Assembly (NCBI GenBank): GCA_038087875.1
Contig: CM076001.1
Location: 560,001 to 624,000 of the forward strand
Length of the DNA: 64,000 nucleotides
Direction: 5' to 3'
From: Malacoraja senta
Taxonomy: Eukaryota
Below the pieces are notes generated by a model that ran no database searches, was not told the origin of the DNA, and saw only the letters and a program-made list of their open reading frames with translations. Positions 10,526 to 23,327 of the stretch are shown piece after piece. Made by a program: the position numbers and the translations under genes. The first letter of the stretch is position 1, and every line of letters starts with the position of its first letter.

Positions 10526-13204
10526 GATGAAGAAATGTTGTACTTATCATCAATAGGGAAAGGGCAATGCAGTATAGTGAAGAGCTCTTCTCGCGTAGTG
10601 CTAGTGGAAATGGCTCCACCATTTGTGTCTGCCATATTGTGGCCGTGTAGCGTTTCTCGAGGTCAGCAGAGCCAAAATTACAGTATTACCTTAAAACTGG
10701 AGATGTAAATGTGGCAAATACATATGCTTTAGCTTGGTCAATCTTTTGAGATTTTCATTTACAATAACTGCTATTTTAATTCTGCAAATAAAAGGTTCTC
10801 AAAGGGCCTACGATGAATTACTTGCCCATATATTGTCGGTCAACATTTCAGCTTCAAACTATGTGGCAGTAACCACAAAACAAGGCCATGATGTTTTTCA
10901 ATAAGCAAAGCTAATTCAAACCAGCAGCAACAAGGAACAATGTATCTGCAAGAGAAAACCTCATTCCTTTTATGTTCACCTCGTGCAAAGTTTCTGAACA
11001 GTAATTCACCCCCCCCCCCCCCCCCCCCCACAGCACAGCCAGTTGGAAACTCAAATTTCATTAGTTTTCAATCTGTTTCCTGTGAGAATTTAAGCCAGGA
11101 TCCCAGAAACAAAAGGCATGGGCTTATGACTTCCAATCCTTATTAAGCACACACACAAGGTCCTCTTCACTTTTACCATTCAAAAAGCATGACTGGATGC
11201 TGAGTAAAGCTGCCTCTGCCTCACTATCTACCTCATTGGTGACCCTCGAACTATTCTTGATCAGACTTTGCTGGCTTTACCTTGTACTAAATATTATTCC
11301 CTTATCATGTTCTGTACACTGTAAATGGCTCGATTGTAATCATGTATTGTCTGGAGAGCACAAAACTAAAGCATTTCACTGTACCTCAGTGCATGTGACA
11401 GTAAACTAAACTGTAAACTGTAAACATTAACGGTCTGCTGAGCCAGTTCACCAAACCAAGATGGAAATGTAAATGGGTCAATGACCAAAATTAACTGTGT
11501 GGTTTGTCAGTGTGTTTTTAGGTCTGCTGGATAAAACATACAAACACTAAACATTCATCACATATAAAACCCCCAGAAGTCAAGAAGATATTCTGGCAGT
11601 TGTATCAACCTTAAATCTGCTAGCATTAAAAGTGTACATTAATTTTGCTTTCAGTACCAAACTTGGACGAAAATGCAAATAAAATTGACATGCATCGAGC
11701 TGATTTCAGCTGCTTCCGTCTTTCATACTACTTTCTTGCTAGACAATGAACCGTGAAGCCCATTAGAATTGTTTCAGCTTCTGCAGGATCAATGTATATG
11801 CTTTGAAAGATGTTGCTGATAAAACACTTTTCAAGGGGAACTAAATACCAGTGACCTTTCATCTCTGGCATGTCAATTCAAACCAGCCTACGCTGACAAA
11901 ATGCAAATCTTACCATGATGGCTGGCATGCATCTGAACCTTCTCAACCCATTCTCCAAACATTTGCATCAGTACAAACATTATGTAGTATCTAAATAGAA
12001 TAAATCAGCGGCAGGAAGGAGAGTTGTTGGAGTACATTTGTTTTCAATCTGCTTCTGACTTGGAACCATCACTGAGGAGCACCGCCAGTTGAACGAGCTT
12101 TTTGAGGCCAATGTAAATTCTTGGAACTTAGCAGAGGAAGCTTTACTCACCACCCAGCCATGCTTTTCTAACCTGGGAGAGCTTAATTCTGGATGTTCAA
12201 AATAAGAACACATCAACTTTCCCACAACCAACATCCTTCACTATAAAGCAGACAAGATTTGGTCAGCTTAAGAAAAACGTTCCTGACACTAACACATGGC
12301 ACAATACTGTTCTCTCTCTCTGTGTCGCATAAACTTCAGGTTAACAATTATGATTCCATGTTCTGCAATATTTAACCACAGTAATATCACAGTAACTGCA
12401 TTCCAGAACCTTGTGAGCATAAATTATTGGAACAATTTGCTCCATAAATGTATTCAGGTTTAGTGGAAACAGGTCAACATTTTCCACAGACTGCAGGTTC
12501 ACCACCCACCGATGTATAAATGTTTTAGTATGATTTAAATGTCGTAAATCATTCTCCAAACATTTACATCAGTGCAAACATTGTGAAGTATCTGTGCAGA
12601 ATAAATCAACCGCAAGATGGAGACTTCCTGGAGTGTCTCTTGTAGATAAGTTAACTACACGGGCGATTCATACAGTGATGGAGGGATTGAATGCATCAGG
12701 TGATGGATAGGCCGCCACACAAAGGTGGTCCCAAAGAATGTCAAGCTTTTGCTTGTTAGCCTGTGAACTGTGTCACAGTCCTAACAAGTGACTTAAAGAT
12801 GGTGGGACGTGTGTAGGAAGAACTGCAGATGCTGGTTTATACCGAAGATATACACAAAAAGCTGGAGTAACTCAGTGGGATAGTCAGCATCTCTGGAGAG
12901 AAGGAATGGGTGATGTTTCGGGTAGAGTCCAGTCTCGACCTGAATTGTCATCCATTTCTTCTCTCCAGAAGATGCTGCCTGTCCCGCTGAGTCACTCCAG
13001 CATTTTTGTGTCTATCTTCATGGGACAGGAGCCAATTGGTCAGTGATTTGGTACAGAATACCAAGCTTCTGCTCCGCTGTTGTAGTCACAGAGTGTATAA
13101 AGATGATCTTATTATATTTCCGGTCAATATATTGGTCAACGTAAGTGGACAGCCAGGCCTGTAAGCCTGCCCTGCCATTCAATATGATCATGGCTGATAT
13201 ATGA

Positions 13205-13725
13205 GAGGTGGAGGGGCAGGTGGTGTGGAGAAAGCAGGGACACCACAGAAAGATTTGGATAGGTTGGGAGAGTGGACAAAAGCTGGCAGATGGAATACAG
13301 TGCAGCAAATTGTGGAGCCATGCATTTTGGTAGTGGGAATAAAGGCGTACATTATTTTCTGAACCGGGAGAAAATACAGAAATCGGTGGTGCAAAGGGAC
13401 TTGGGAGGGCAGGTGCAGGATTCCCCAAAAGTTAATCTGCAAGTTGAATCGGTAATAAAGAAAGCAAATGCAATGCTAGCATTTATTTCAAGGGCTTGTA
13501 TACACAAACAGGGATGTAATGCTGAGGTTTTAGAAGGCGCTGGTCAGGCTGCATTTGTAATATTGTGAGTAATTTTTCGCACCATATCTGAGGAAAGATG
13601 TGCTGGCTCTGGAGAGGGTCCACAGGAGGTTTACAAGAATGATCCCAGGAATATGTAGGTTAACGTATGATGAGCATTTGACGGCACTGGGCCTGTACTC
13701 GCTGGAGTTTAGAAGAATGGGGGGA
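13205..13725 (+). mobile_element. CR1 LINE RT C-terminal fragment
   Basis: KSWQMEYSAANCGAMHFG..QRDLG..KKANAMLAFISR. Confidence 0.85.
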
Positions 13726-14770
13726 CAATAGACAATAGGTGCAGGAGTAGGCCATTCGGCCCCCTCGAGCCAACACCGCCATTCAATGTGATCATGGCTG
13801 ATCATTCCCAATCAGTACCCCGTTCCTGCCTTCTCCCCATATCCCCTGTCTCCACGTGTTTAAGAAGGAACTGCAGATGCTGGAAAAATCGAAGGTACAC
13901 AAAAATACTGGAGAAACTCAGCGGGTGCAGCAGCATCTATGGAGCGAAGGAAATAGGCAACGTTTCGGGCCGAAACCCTAAGTGCCCTATCTAGCTCTCT
14001 CTTGAAAGTATCCAGCGAAACGGCCTCCACTGCCCTCTGAGGCAGAGAATTCCACAGACTCACAACTCTCCGTGTGAAAAAGTGCTTCCTCGACTCCATT
14101 CTAAATGGCTTACCCCTTATTCTTAAACTGTAGCCCCCGGTTCTGCTCCCCCAACATTGGGAACATGTTTCCTGCCTCTAGCGTGTCCAAACCCTTAATA
14201 ATCTTATATGTTAATAATAAGATCCCCTCTCCTCCTTTTGAACTCCAGAGTATACAAGCCGCTCCATTCTCTCAGCATATGACTATCCAGCCATCCCGGG
14301 AATTAACCTTGTAAACCTATGCTGCACTCCCTCAATAGCAAGAATATCCTTACTCAAATTAGGGGACCAAAACTGCGCACAATACTCCAGGTGTGGTCTC
14401 ACTAGGGCCCTATCCAACTGCAGAAGGACCTCCTTGCTCCTATACTCAACTCCTCTCGTTATGAAGGCCAACATGCCATTCGCTTTCTTCACTGCCTGCT
14501 GTACCTGCATGCTTACTTTCATTGACTGATGAACAAGTACTCCCAGATCCTGTTGTACTTCCCCTTTTCCCAACTTGACACCATTTAGATAATAATCTGT
14601 CTTCCTGTTTTTGCTACCAAAGTGGATAACTTCACATTTATCCACATTAAACTGCATCTGCCCACTCACCCAACCTGTCCAAGTCACCCTGCATTCTCAT
14701 AGCATCATCCTCACAGTTCACACTGCCACCCAGCTTTGTGTCATCTGCAAATTTGCTAATGTTACTTTGA
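13726..14770 (-). mobile_element. CR1 LINE 3' fragment, interrupted by a short Penelope-derived insert at ~13857-13980
   Basis: QMQFNVDKCEVIHFG..KKANGMLAFI..LVRPHLEYCAQFWSP, plus the CR1 3'UTR. Confidence 0.9.
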
Positions 14771-15142
14771 AACATACAGAATAGTGAAAGGCTTGGTTAG
14801 AATGGATGTGGAGAGGATGTTTCCACTAGTGGGAGAGTCTGGGACTGGAGGTCATAGTCTCAGAATTGAAGGACATTCTTTTAGGAAGGAGATGAGGAGG
14901 AATTTCTTTAATCAGAGGGTGGTGAATCTGTGGAATTATTTGCCACAGAAGGCTGTGGAGGCCAAGCCAGTGGATATAAAGGCAGAGATAGATAGGTTCT
15001 TGCTTAGTATAGGTGTCAGAGGTTACGAGGAGAAGGCAGGAGAATGGGGTTAGGAGGGATATTGATGATCCATGATTGAATGGCAGAGTAGACTTGATGG
15101 GCCGAATGACCTAATTCTGCTCCTATCACTTATGATCTTATG
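14771..15142 (+). mobile_element. CR1 LINE 3' fragment
   Basis: GHSLRIEG..RRNFFNQRVVNLWN, plus 3'UTR. Confidence 0.88.
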
Positions 15143-16919
15143 ATACATTGACTTCAAGTCCTCTTCCGTTCCAGTCACCCAATTCCTCAATGAAATATTT
15201 ATCTATCTGCACCTTAACTATGTCAAAACATCTGGCCTCCACCCACCTCAGGGGCAGAAAATGTCAGAGATTCACTACCCTCTGAAGGAAGAAAAATTTC
15301 CTCATCTCAGTTTTAAATGGCTGGCCTCTTATCTAGCCTCTTAATCCCGTTGTTCATGACTCCCGCAAGTGTAACTCTCTCAACATCAACCTTGTCAATC
15401 CTCCTTAAGATCTTTGTTTGAATAAGGTCTTCCAGACTCCGAAGGATCACAGACCCACACAGTCTATCATCTCTTCATAGGACAACTCTCCCCAGGAATT
15501 AGCTCGGTGCATCTCCTTTGGACTGCTTCCATTGATACTACGTCCTTTTTCAAGTAACTGCACCAAAACTATTCACAATATTCCCGGATGCAGCTTCCAT
15601 AACACCCTGTACAACTGTAACAAAACCTGCTATTCTTCAACTCCACGCCCTTTGCAATAAAGGCCAAAATATAATTTGCCTTCTTAACTACTAGTTGGGA
15701 CTGCCTGTACTTTACAATTAACAGAACACTGAGATCTCTCTCTGAGTTACACTCATTTGAAGACTCTCTACATTTAGTTAATAATCAGCCCTTTGATTCC
15801 TCTTGCCCAAGTACATGAACCCACTCTTCCCCAGGATATTGGTTGTGGCTGAGCTCATTGATAATAATGTTATTGCATGTCAATGGGAATATGATCAGAC
15901 TCACCCCAATTGGAGATGGTCATTGCTGGCACTAGAGTGATATGAATATTACCTCTGTATGTTGTCCAAGTATCGATGCACATATATATCTGGCTTGCAT
16001 CATTATCTGGCGAGCTTCAAATGGAACTGAATATGTTGTAAACATTAGGAAACATCCCAACTTGGACTTAAGATGGAGTGATGATGGCTGAGCCTCGGAC
16101 ATTGAACCAAGAAACAGTTCTATGTCCAAGTAATTGGCCTTTAAGAAATGCAATTTACCTTTATTTGTGTATGGTCTGAATCCAATCGGTAAATAGACTA
16201 CACTTGCCGCCACCACCACCTCATTCTCAGTAATAATTGTGCACCACTGTCCCTGGCACCACTTTTCCACTCTTTTATCTATGCTTAGATCAAGACTGTA
16301 ATGATGTCCGGAGAGGATTGGTCCTGGCTTTTTCCACTGCTTCCTCCTCCATATCCCGGTGCTCTGCCGACTCAGCGTCTCCTGCACACCCCACCCCCCA
16401 CCCCACCAAATCCGTCTCCTCCTTCTCCCCCATAGTCATCAACATGCTTCACATTGGAGCAGTAGCAGGTAAGAGGGGAGGGATCCCACGGTGACCAAGC
16501 ACATCCTGTCGGGGGCTACAACGCGAGCCGCAACAAGAGCCGTGTGAACCGGGGAAGATGGGCTCACTGGTGCAGACCAGCTGTATCGGTGTCTAGTTTT
16601 GTGAAACAACACAAAATGCTGCAGTAACTCAGCGACTGAATCAGTTTGAAGAAGAGTCCCAATGTCACCTATCCATGTTCTCCAGCGATGCTGCCTGACC
16701 TGCTTAGTTATTCCAGATCTGTGTGTCTTTTTTTGTATTAACCATCATCGGCAGTTCTTTGTTTCAACTACATACAATGATAATACCTTACTCGGTTATA
16801 ATGGACAATCACCAATAATGGACACCATTCACCGTCTATGGTCCTTCATAACGAGGATTTACTATATTTCTCTTTTTGAGATTTCATAGATACATAGAAC
16901 ACACCTCCCAGGAGAAGCC

Positions 16920-17245
16920 GGGCAGTGAAGCTGGGTGGTGAAGCTGGGCGGTGAGGTTGGGTGGTGAAGGCAGGCAGTGAAGCTGGGTGGTGAAGCTGGG
17001 TGGTGAAGCTGGGTGGTGAAGCTGGGTGGTGAAGGCAGGCAGTGAAGCTGGGTGGTGAAGCTGGGTGGTGAAGCTGGGTGGTGAAGCTGGGTGGTGAAGC
17101 TGGGTGGTGAAGGCAGGCAGGTGAAGCTGGGTGGTGAAGCTGGGTGGTGAAGCTGGGTGGTGAAGCTGGGTGGTGAAGCTGGGTGGTGAAGCTGGGTGGT
17201 GAAGCTGGGTGGTGAAGCTGGGCGGTGAAGCTGGGCGGTGAAGCC
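16920..17245 (+). repeat. 13-bp minisatellite (GGTGAAGCTGGGT)n
   Basis: About two dozen near-identical tandem units, with occasional GAAGGCAGGCA variants. Confidence 0.95.
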
Positions 17246-19244
17246 TTCATGGGACGATGGAGCCTCGCGGGTCAACCCGGGGTCGGGGGTGCGGCAGTCG
17301 ATGATGGCGTGGGGGAACCGCCGTGAGGTGGGAGGCGGGGGGTAACAAAGGAGGCCTGGCGTGGGACACTTAGTAGCTTTGTCAGCGCTCTTATGTAGCG
17401 ACTATTTGCATACCTTAGGGTACGCAAGCAAAGAATCTCACAGTGCCTCGTCACATGTGATAAAGTATTCCAAAGTATTCCATTCCATTCAGTTATGTGT
17501 TGGATGAAATATTGCAATATGCTTAGAGGTCATACCCGAGGTGAGACAATAAACGTATTAGATGGAATAGCAGAGTAACTTACAAATATGTAATTAGTTG
17601 AATTAAAAATTGCATTTCACCTTTTTCTAGAAGCAAGGAACTGCAGATGCTGGAATCTTCAATGAAACAGAAAGTGCTACAATCAGTCTGAAGAAGTGTC
17701 ACATTCCAAATTATTGCTTATCTATTCTACCCAGAGATGCTGCCCAAGCCACTGTTACTCCAGCACTATGTGTTTCATTCACCTTTTTTTGTAGTGCACG
17801 ACATAAGTTTGATCGGAATCCTATGAATATAAAGATATTGCTCAAAAATACAAGAACGGCAGAGTTCCAGTTGACACCCAGAACAATGTGTAAAGCCACG
17901 GTGCAGTTCCTGATAGGAGCTGATTGAAAGCATCCTTGCTCCTGCATCTTTTTTTGCTTGAAGATGGGGAAGAGTCTCAGTACAAAATGCCGTCACTGTA
18001 AGGTATTGATTAGAAGGATAGAGACAGACACTTGAAGTGATTAACTGCGCAGTGCATAAAGGCCTCAATCAGTAATGGAACAACTCCTAACGAGGTTCCA
18101 AAGATCCTAAGCACTGAATCCCAACGTTGGCAAATGCTCAGCGTCAGAATGGGGATACTTTAATGCACGTATCATGCACTGGTTAGACTGTAGCAGGATG
18201 CCACTGTAGCAGTACAAGATGAAACAAGACCAATTCAACTAGTAGAAACAAGAAACTGCAGATGCTGGTTTACACAAAAGGGCACAAAGTGCTGGAGTAA
18301 CTCAGCGGGTCAGGCAGCATCTCTGTAGAACATGGATAGGTGATGTTTCGGGTCAGTCTGAAGAAGGGTCCCAATCCAAAATATCATCTGTTTATGTTTC
18401 CCAGAGGTGCTGCCTGGCCCACGGCGTTACTCCAGGACTTTGTGTCCAATTCAACTAGTCCTACCCCATACGCATTCTGAATGCTTTTGTTCTTTTGCCA
18501 AACACCATCATTTGCCAAGTCAGTCATACAAATAAAAAGCAACAGAACACACAAAACACATTTTAATATAAACATCCACCACATTGACTCCTCCACATTC
18601 CTCGCTGCGATGGAAGGCAAAAAAAAATTCAATCCCTTCCCTTCTTTGTTCTCCCGCGGTCAAGGGCCTCGAGCCTCCCATTGACTGGACGATCTTGACT
18701 CCCGTAGCCTCCCGCAGCGTTTGGGCCCTGTGTCGGGGCGATTCAAGCTCCTGCATCAGGGGGGATCTCCTATCTAACAATGATCTATTCTACATTTTCC
18801 TTATCTTCATCCCCTTTGTTGTCTTGTTTTTACACCTTTCACTTCCTTATCTCTGTGTCTCCCTCTCCCCTGACTCTCAGTCTGAAGAAGTGTCTCGACC
18901 CAAAACGTCACCCATTCCCTCTATCCAGAGATGCTGCCTGTTACTCCAGCATCTTGTGTCTATCTTTGGTGTAAACCAGCATCTGCAGTTCCTTCCTACA
19001 AAACCACATCCACATAACTAAAACCCCTCAACCCTGGAATCATTTTTAGTAAGTCTTTTCTGTGCCATTCATTTCTTTCATAAAGTGCAGTGCCCAGAAC
19101 TGGACACAATGTCTAAGTTGTTGCCAAACCAGCATTTGTTGAAAGCTCATCTTCACATGTGCTTGCTCTCCAGAACTCTATTTATGAAATCCAATATTCC
19201 ACGTCATTGAATTATGATTCCCCTCACAGTTCGCAATAGAGTTA

Positions 19245-19645
19245 TATTCATACAGCACAGAAACAGGCCCTTTGACTCAACTTGCCCATGCCGACCAAGA
19301 TGCCCAATCCACACTAGTCCCACCTGCCTGTGTTTGGCACATTCCCCTCTAAACCTTTCCTATCCAGGTACTTGTCCAAATGACTTTTCAATGTTGTTAT
19401 AGTACCTGCCTCAACTACCTTCTCTGGCAGGTAGTTCCATACTTTGTGAACAATTGCCCCCAGTATCCTATTTATTTCCCGTCTCACCTTAAACCCATGT
19501 CCTCTGGATCTCGATTTCCCTACTCTGGGTAAAAGACTCTGTGCATTCACCCTATCTATTCCCCTCAGGATCTTTATAAGATCACCTCTCAGCCTCCTGC
19601 GCTCCAAGCCTGCCCAACCTCTCCCTACAGCTCAGGCCCTCAAGT
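19245..19645 (-). mobile_element. CR1 LINE 3' fragment
   Basis: ERRRLRGDLIK..SRGHGFKV..WNYLPEKVVEA. Confidence 0.85.
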
Positions 19646-19679
19646 CTGAAGCTTGATCTTCAGAACACTTACAGTATTT

Positions 19680-20003
19680 GGGGCGACACAGTTGCATAAC
19701 TAGTAGAGTTTTCTACCTCACAGTGCCACACACCCTGGTTTGATTCTGACCTTGGGTGCTAACTGTGTGGAGTTTGCTCGTTCTCCCTGTGACTGAGTGG
19801 TTTCCTCTGGGTGCTCCACTTTCCTCCCACATCCCAAAGACACGTGAGTTTGTAGGTTAATTGCCCCCCTAGTACATTGCTTGTAGTGTGTAGGGAATGT
19901 GTGATAAAATAGAACTAGTGTGAATGGGTAATCAGTGATCAGTGTGGACTCGGTGGGCTTGAACGGCTAGTTTATATGCTGTATCTCGAAGCTAAAACTA
20001 AAC
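19680..20003 (+). mobile_element. tRNA-derived SINE, diverged
   Basis: Head, core and TAAAC tail as in the other copies. Confidence 0.8.
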
Positions 20004-21113
20004 TTTAGGCACAAGATTTTGAAGGGACAGATTAAATCTCTGGTCCATTCACTGGCTGTGGGAGGGAGGTCTAAAGACTATTGATGTGCAAAATGGTTAG
20101 TGGTGAGCATATATCTTCAACAAGAGGAATACTGATGATATTTTCTTCTAATAAAATGGTGAATCATGAAAGGAAAAGTGATATTTGGCCACTTTCCAAC
20201 AACATTTTCTCCTTTAGGGCTCTCTTGTTTATTCACACGTCCCATACAATCTCTTCAGTTAAATTCCGAACATCAATCTGATTAAAGAACTACTGGCAAG
20301 ATCATGTAAGGATTGTGTTCAGGGTTTGATGTGGTGATGAAGCTGGTTTGCACTGAAGATGGACACCAAATGCTGGAGTAACTCAGCGGGACAGGCAGCA
20401 TCTAAGGAGTGCAGGAATGGTGATGTTTCGGGTCGAGACCCTTCTTCAGATGCTGAATGACCCGAAACGTCACTCATTCCTTCTATCCGGAGATGCTGCC
20501 TGTCCCGCTGAGTTACTCCAGCATTTTACGTCTATCTTCGGTGTAAACCAGCATCTGCAGTTCCTTCCTACACATTGGTTTGCAGTTCTGTTGGGAAGTG
20601 GGCTGGGGTGAGTGCAATTTGGGATACAATTATTCAGATCATCTTATTGCCTCTATGTTCCCAAGGGCAACAGTGGAGGTTTTGTGTACCAATCAAGGCT
20701 CAATAGACTCCACTGAGATAGACAGGATGACACTACACATTCTGGATCCTCATTGATAGGGTAGATATCTTTGTTATGTAACCACAGGCTTAGGTAGATA
20801 ACACAGTTACTTAAATGCATCCCACATGTGGAAAAGTATCACAGGCAGCTCAGGTTAATGGCTCACAATGCCACACTACTACCTTCAAAGGTCAAAACTA
20901 TTCCTAGATTTTGATCAGAACCATTTCCGGTTGCGACATGCTCTGCTAGCAGTCGCAAACTTTTTAGCTCCGCTGAAAAAATCGCGATTTTTCGCGTTAA
21001 AATCGGGTCTGGAGGTCGGGACCGTTTTTAAAAACTTACCGGAGCTTCATGTCGCGGTGCTGATGACGTCATCAGTAAGCGCCGCGATTTTAACGGAGGG
21101 AAAGTCATTTTAA

Positions 21114-22109
21114 ATGAAAAGTACATCTCCAGGTCAGAGCCCACAGAGGAAAATCTCAAAACATCTGCTGAAGACTCTGGAACAGCAAGAAACTTCAGAA
21201 CTGACCTCTGGAGAGGTCTCTGGAATGGCTACTCGATCTGCAAAAGAGAAAATCGAAATGGAGGACTTAAGAAACTCGGTAAGAGATATCAAAAATGATA
21301 TGGAAGCTGGGAACAGTAAATTGATAGCCGGTAATGATAAAATACTTGAGGGTATTGAGGCTCTCCAAAAAAGAATTGAAGGTGTGGAAAAAGGACTATC
21401 GATAAAAATTGAAAAGGTGGCAGAAGAGACCACAAAGATGTTTGAGGCTGTGCACGAAACTGTGGCTGCAAATGCATCTGCAGTGAATGATTTGGAAGCT
21501 GCTGTGGAAGTGATGGCTGGAGAGATGCAGACTATGAAGTCAGAAATAGATAGTCTCAAGAACCAAGTCACAAAGGTTTCGAATAAATGTGTTGACCTAG
21601 AAGCTCGCTCAAGACGCCAAAATATAAGAATACGTGGTGTAAAAGAGGGAGCTGAGGGGGACAATGTTTGTGAGTTCGCTGCCAACCTAATTAAACACGT
21701 ACTGAAGCTACCAGAAGTACCTGTAATTGAAGTAGCACATCGACTCCCCAGATTTAAATCAAGATCTCAAGGAGAACGTGCCTACCCACGACAGATCATA
21801 ATTAAACTTCGGGATATCTCAACAATGGAAGCGCTGATGAAAAAAATCAACCACGGAGAGAAGATGATGTACAGAGGTGATACTATTAAACTCCTACGGG
21901 ACTACCCTTATGAGATTGAGCAAAAGAGAAGAAAGTTCTCACAGACCAGAGAAGTTCTTTATGGTGTTAAGGGAGTTTTGTGTGGAGTGTTTTATCCGGC
22001 TAGAATGCGTATCACCTTTGAGGGAGTGTCAAAAACATTCACTAATTCGGATGAATCTCTCAAATACGCTCAAGAAATCGCGACTAAGGCTGCATCAACT
22101 GGAGATTGA
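21114..22109 (+). CDS. L1 ORF1p (coiled coil, RRM, CTD), 331 aa
   Basis: Heptad region followed by DLEARSRRQNIRIRGVKEG, IEVAHR, PRQIIIKL and FYPARMRITFEG motifs. Confidence 0.95.
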   Translation: MKSTSPGQSPQRKISKHLLKTLEQQETSELTSGEVSGMATRSAKEKIEMEDLRNSVRDIKNDMEAGNSKLIAGNDKILEGIEALQKRIEGVEKGLSIKIEKVAEETTKMFEAVHETVAANASAVNDLEAAVEVMAGEMQTMKSEIDSLKNQVTKVSNKCVDLEARSRRQNIRIRGVKEGAEGDNVCEFAANLIKHVLKLPEVPVIEVAHRLPRFKSRSQGERAYPRQIIIKLRDISTMEALMKKINHGEKMMYRGDTIKLLRDYPYEIEQKRRKFSQTREVLYGVKGVLCGVFYPARMRITFEGVSKTFTNSDESLKYAQEIATKAASTGD

Positions 22110-23327
22110 AAACCAAGACGACAGGAACAAACGAACTTGCTTATTCTTCCAACAAGAGTATCACAAGGAAAGTGAATTAACTGAACACTGATTTTTTATT
22201 TTTTATTTGACTTCAAGCAACAGATTCTTAGTGAGACGTGGCTAGACATTATTATCTTCGCTGGAACATTGTGCTATGTAATTCAAGGACACTACGTGCT
22301 CAAACGAGGAAAACCTGATAACACGAGACGAACTGCTGGGCTGAGAGTGAAAAACATCACATGGCTTATATTGTTTATAAAAAACTGAAAAAACTGAGAA
22401 CTAATAATAATTAACAATTAACAATACTAATATAGAAATAGCAATTGAAATAGATTAAAAATGTGCAGTCTGCTCTGTTTAGCAGATAACAGCAAGTGCT
22501 ATGCAGCTCGAGAGTGGAGGGAGGGGGAGACCGGGTACCTGGCATAACTCCAGGAGCCAGACTCCTGTTAACCCTTCCAGCGAACAGCTCATTTTTAACA
22601 ATATTAAAATCAATTTAAAATAGTTAAGAGATAATATACACTCGAGGTTGATATGAAAAATATATACGGCTTATATAGTTTTACAAAATGCTGAGAATTA
22701 ATCATAATTAATAATTAACAATACTAATATAGAAATAATATTTGAAACTGATAAAACTGTGGTGCCTGCGTCATAACGCAGACAGCAGTTATCACCTATG
22801 TTCGCAGCTCGTGGAGAGGAGAGGAGATCAGGCACCTGGCACAATTCCAGGAACCTGACTCCGATTAATCCACTCAGTAAACCGCTCACTTTAACAATAC
22901 TAAATTCATTTTAAAATAGTTAAGAGATAAAGAGTGAGTAGGATATGGAATCGAATACATTTGACACATATATAAATTGTAACTGGGTGAAACAGAACTG
23001 AATTGGCAACGGTAATGACCCCATAGATTTTGGGTAATAAATACAGCGGGGCTAACTTTATACCAACTACGCCGGAAGCGTTATGGATGTCGTACCCCAC
23101 AGACGAGTGGGCCACTCACTACGGTGTTGAAATTTTAGACACCGTAAATTTATTTGATTTATATATATTTTTTTTAATCACAATATGTCACATCTGTGTG
23201 TTTTTTCTTCAAGGACAATCGCGCAGGAGAACTACCAAGGAAGTCTATAATAGAAATACTCCCAAAATAACCAGAGTCCGGAGGTATGAACGCACCACAA
23301 TAATTAAGGTCATTAAAACTGGTAAAA

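Noticed and set aside
12151..12172. 22-nt microexon-like AG..GTGAGT segment on minus
   Set aside because: Splice-like motifs this short arise by chance, and it is not frame-preserving.
16846..17275. Repetitive ORFs or a CRISPR-like array
   Set aside because: This is a pure 13-bp tandem repeat with no unique spacers and no cas genes.
21134..21685. 183-aa antisense ORF
   Set aside because: It is the shadow of the ORF1 coiled coil and has no independent support.
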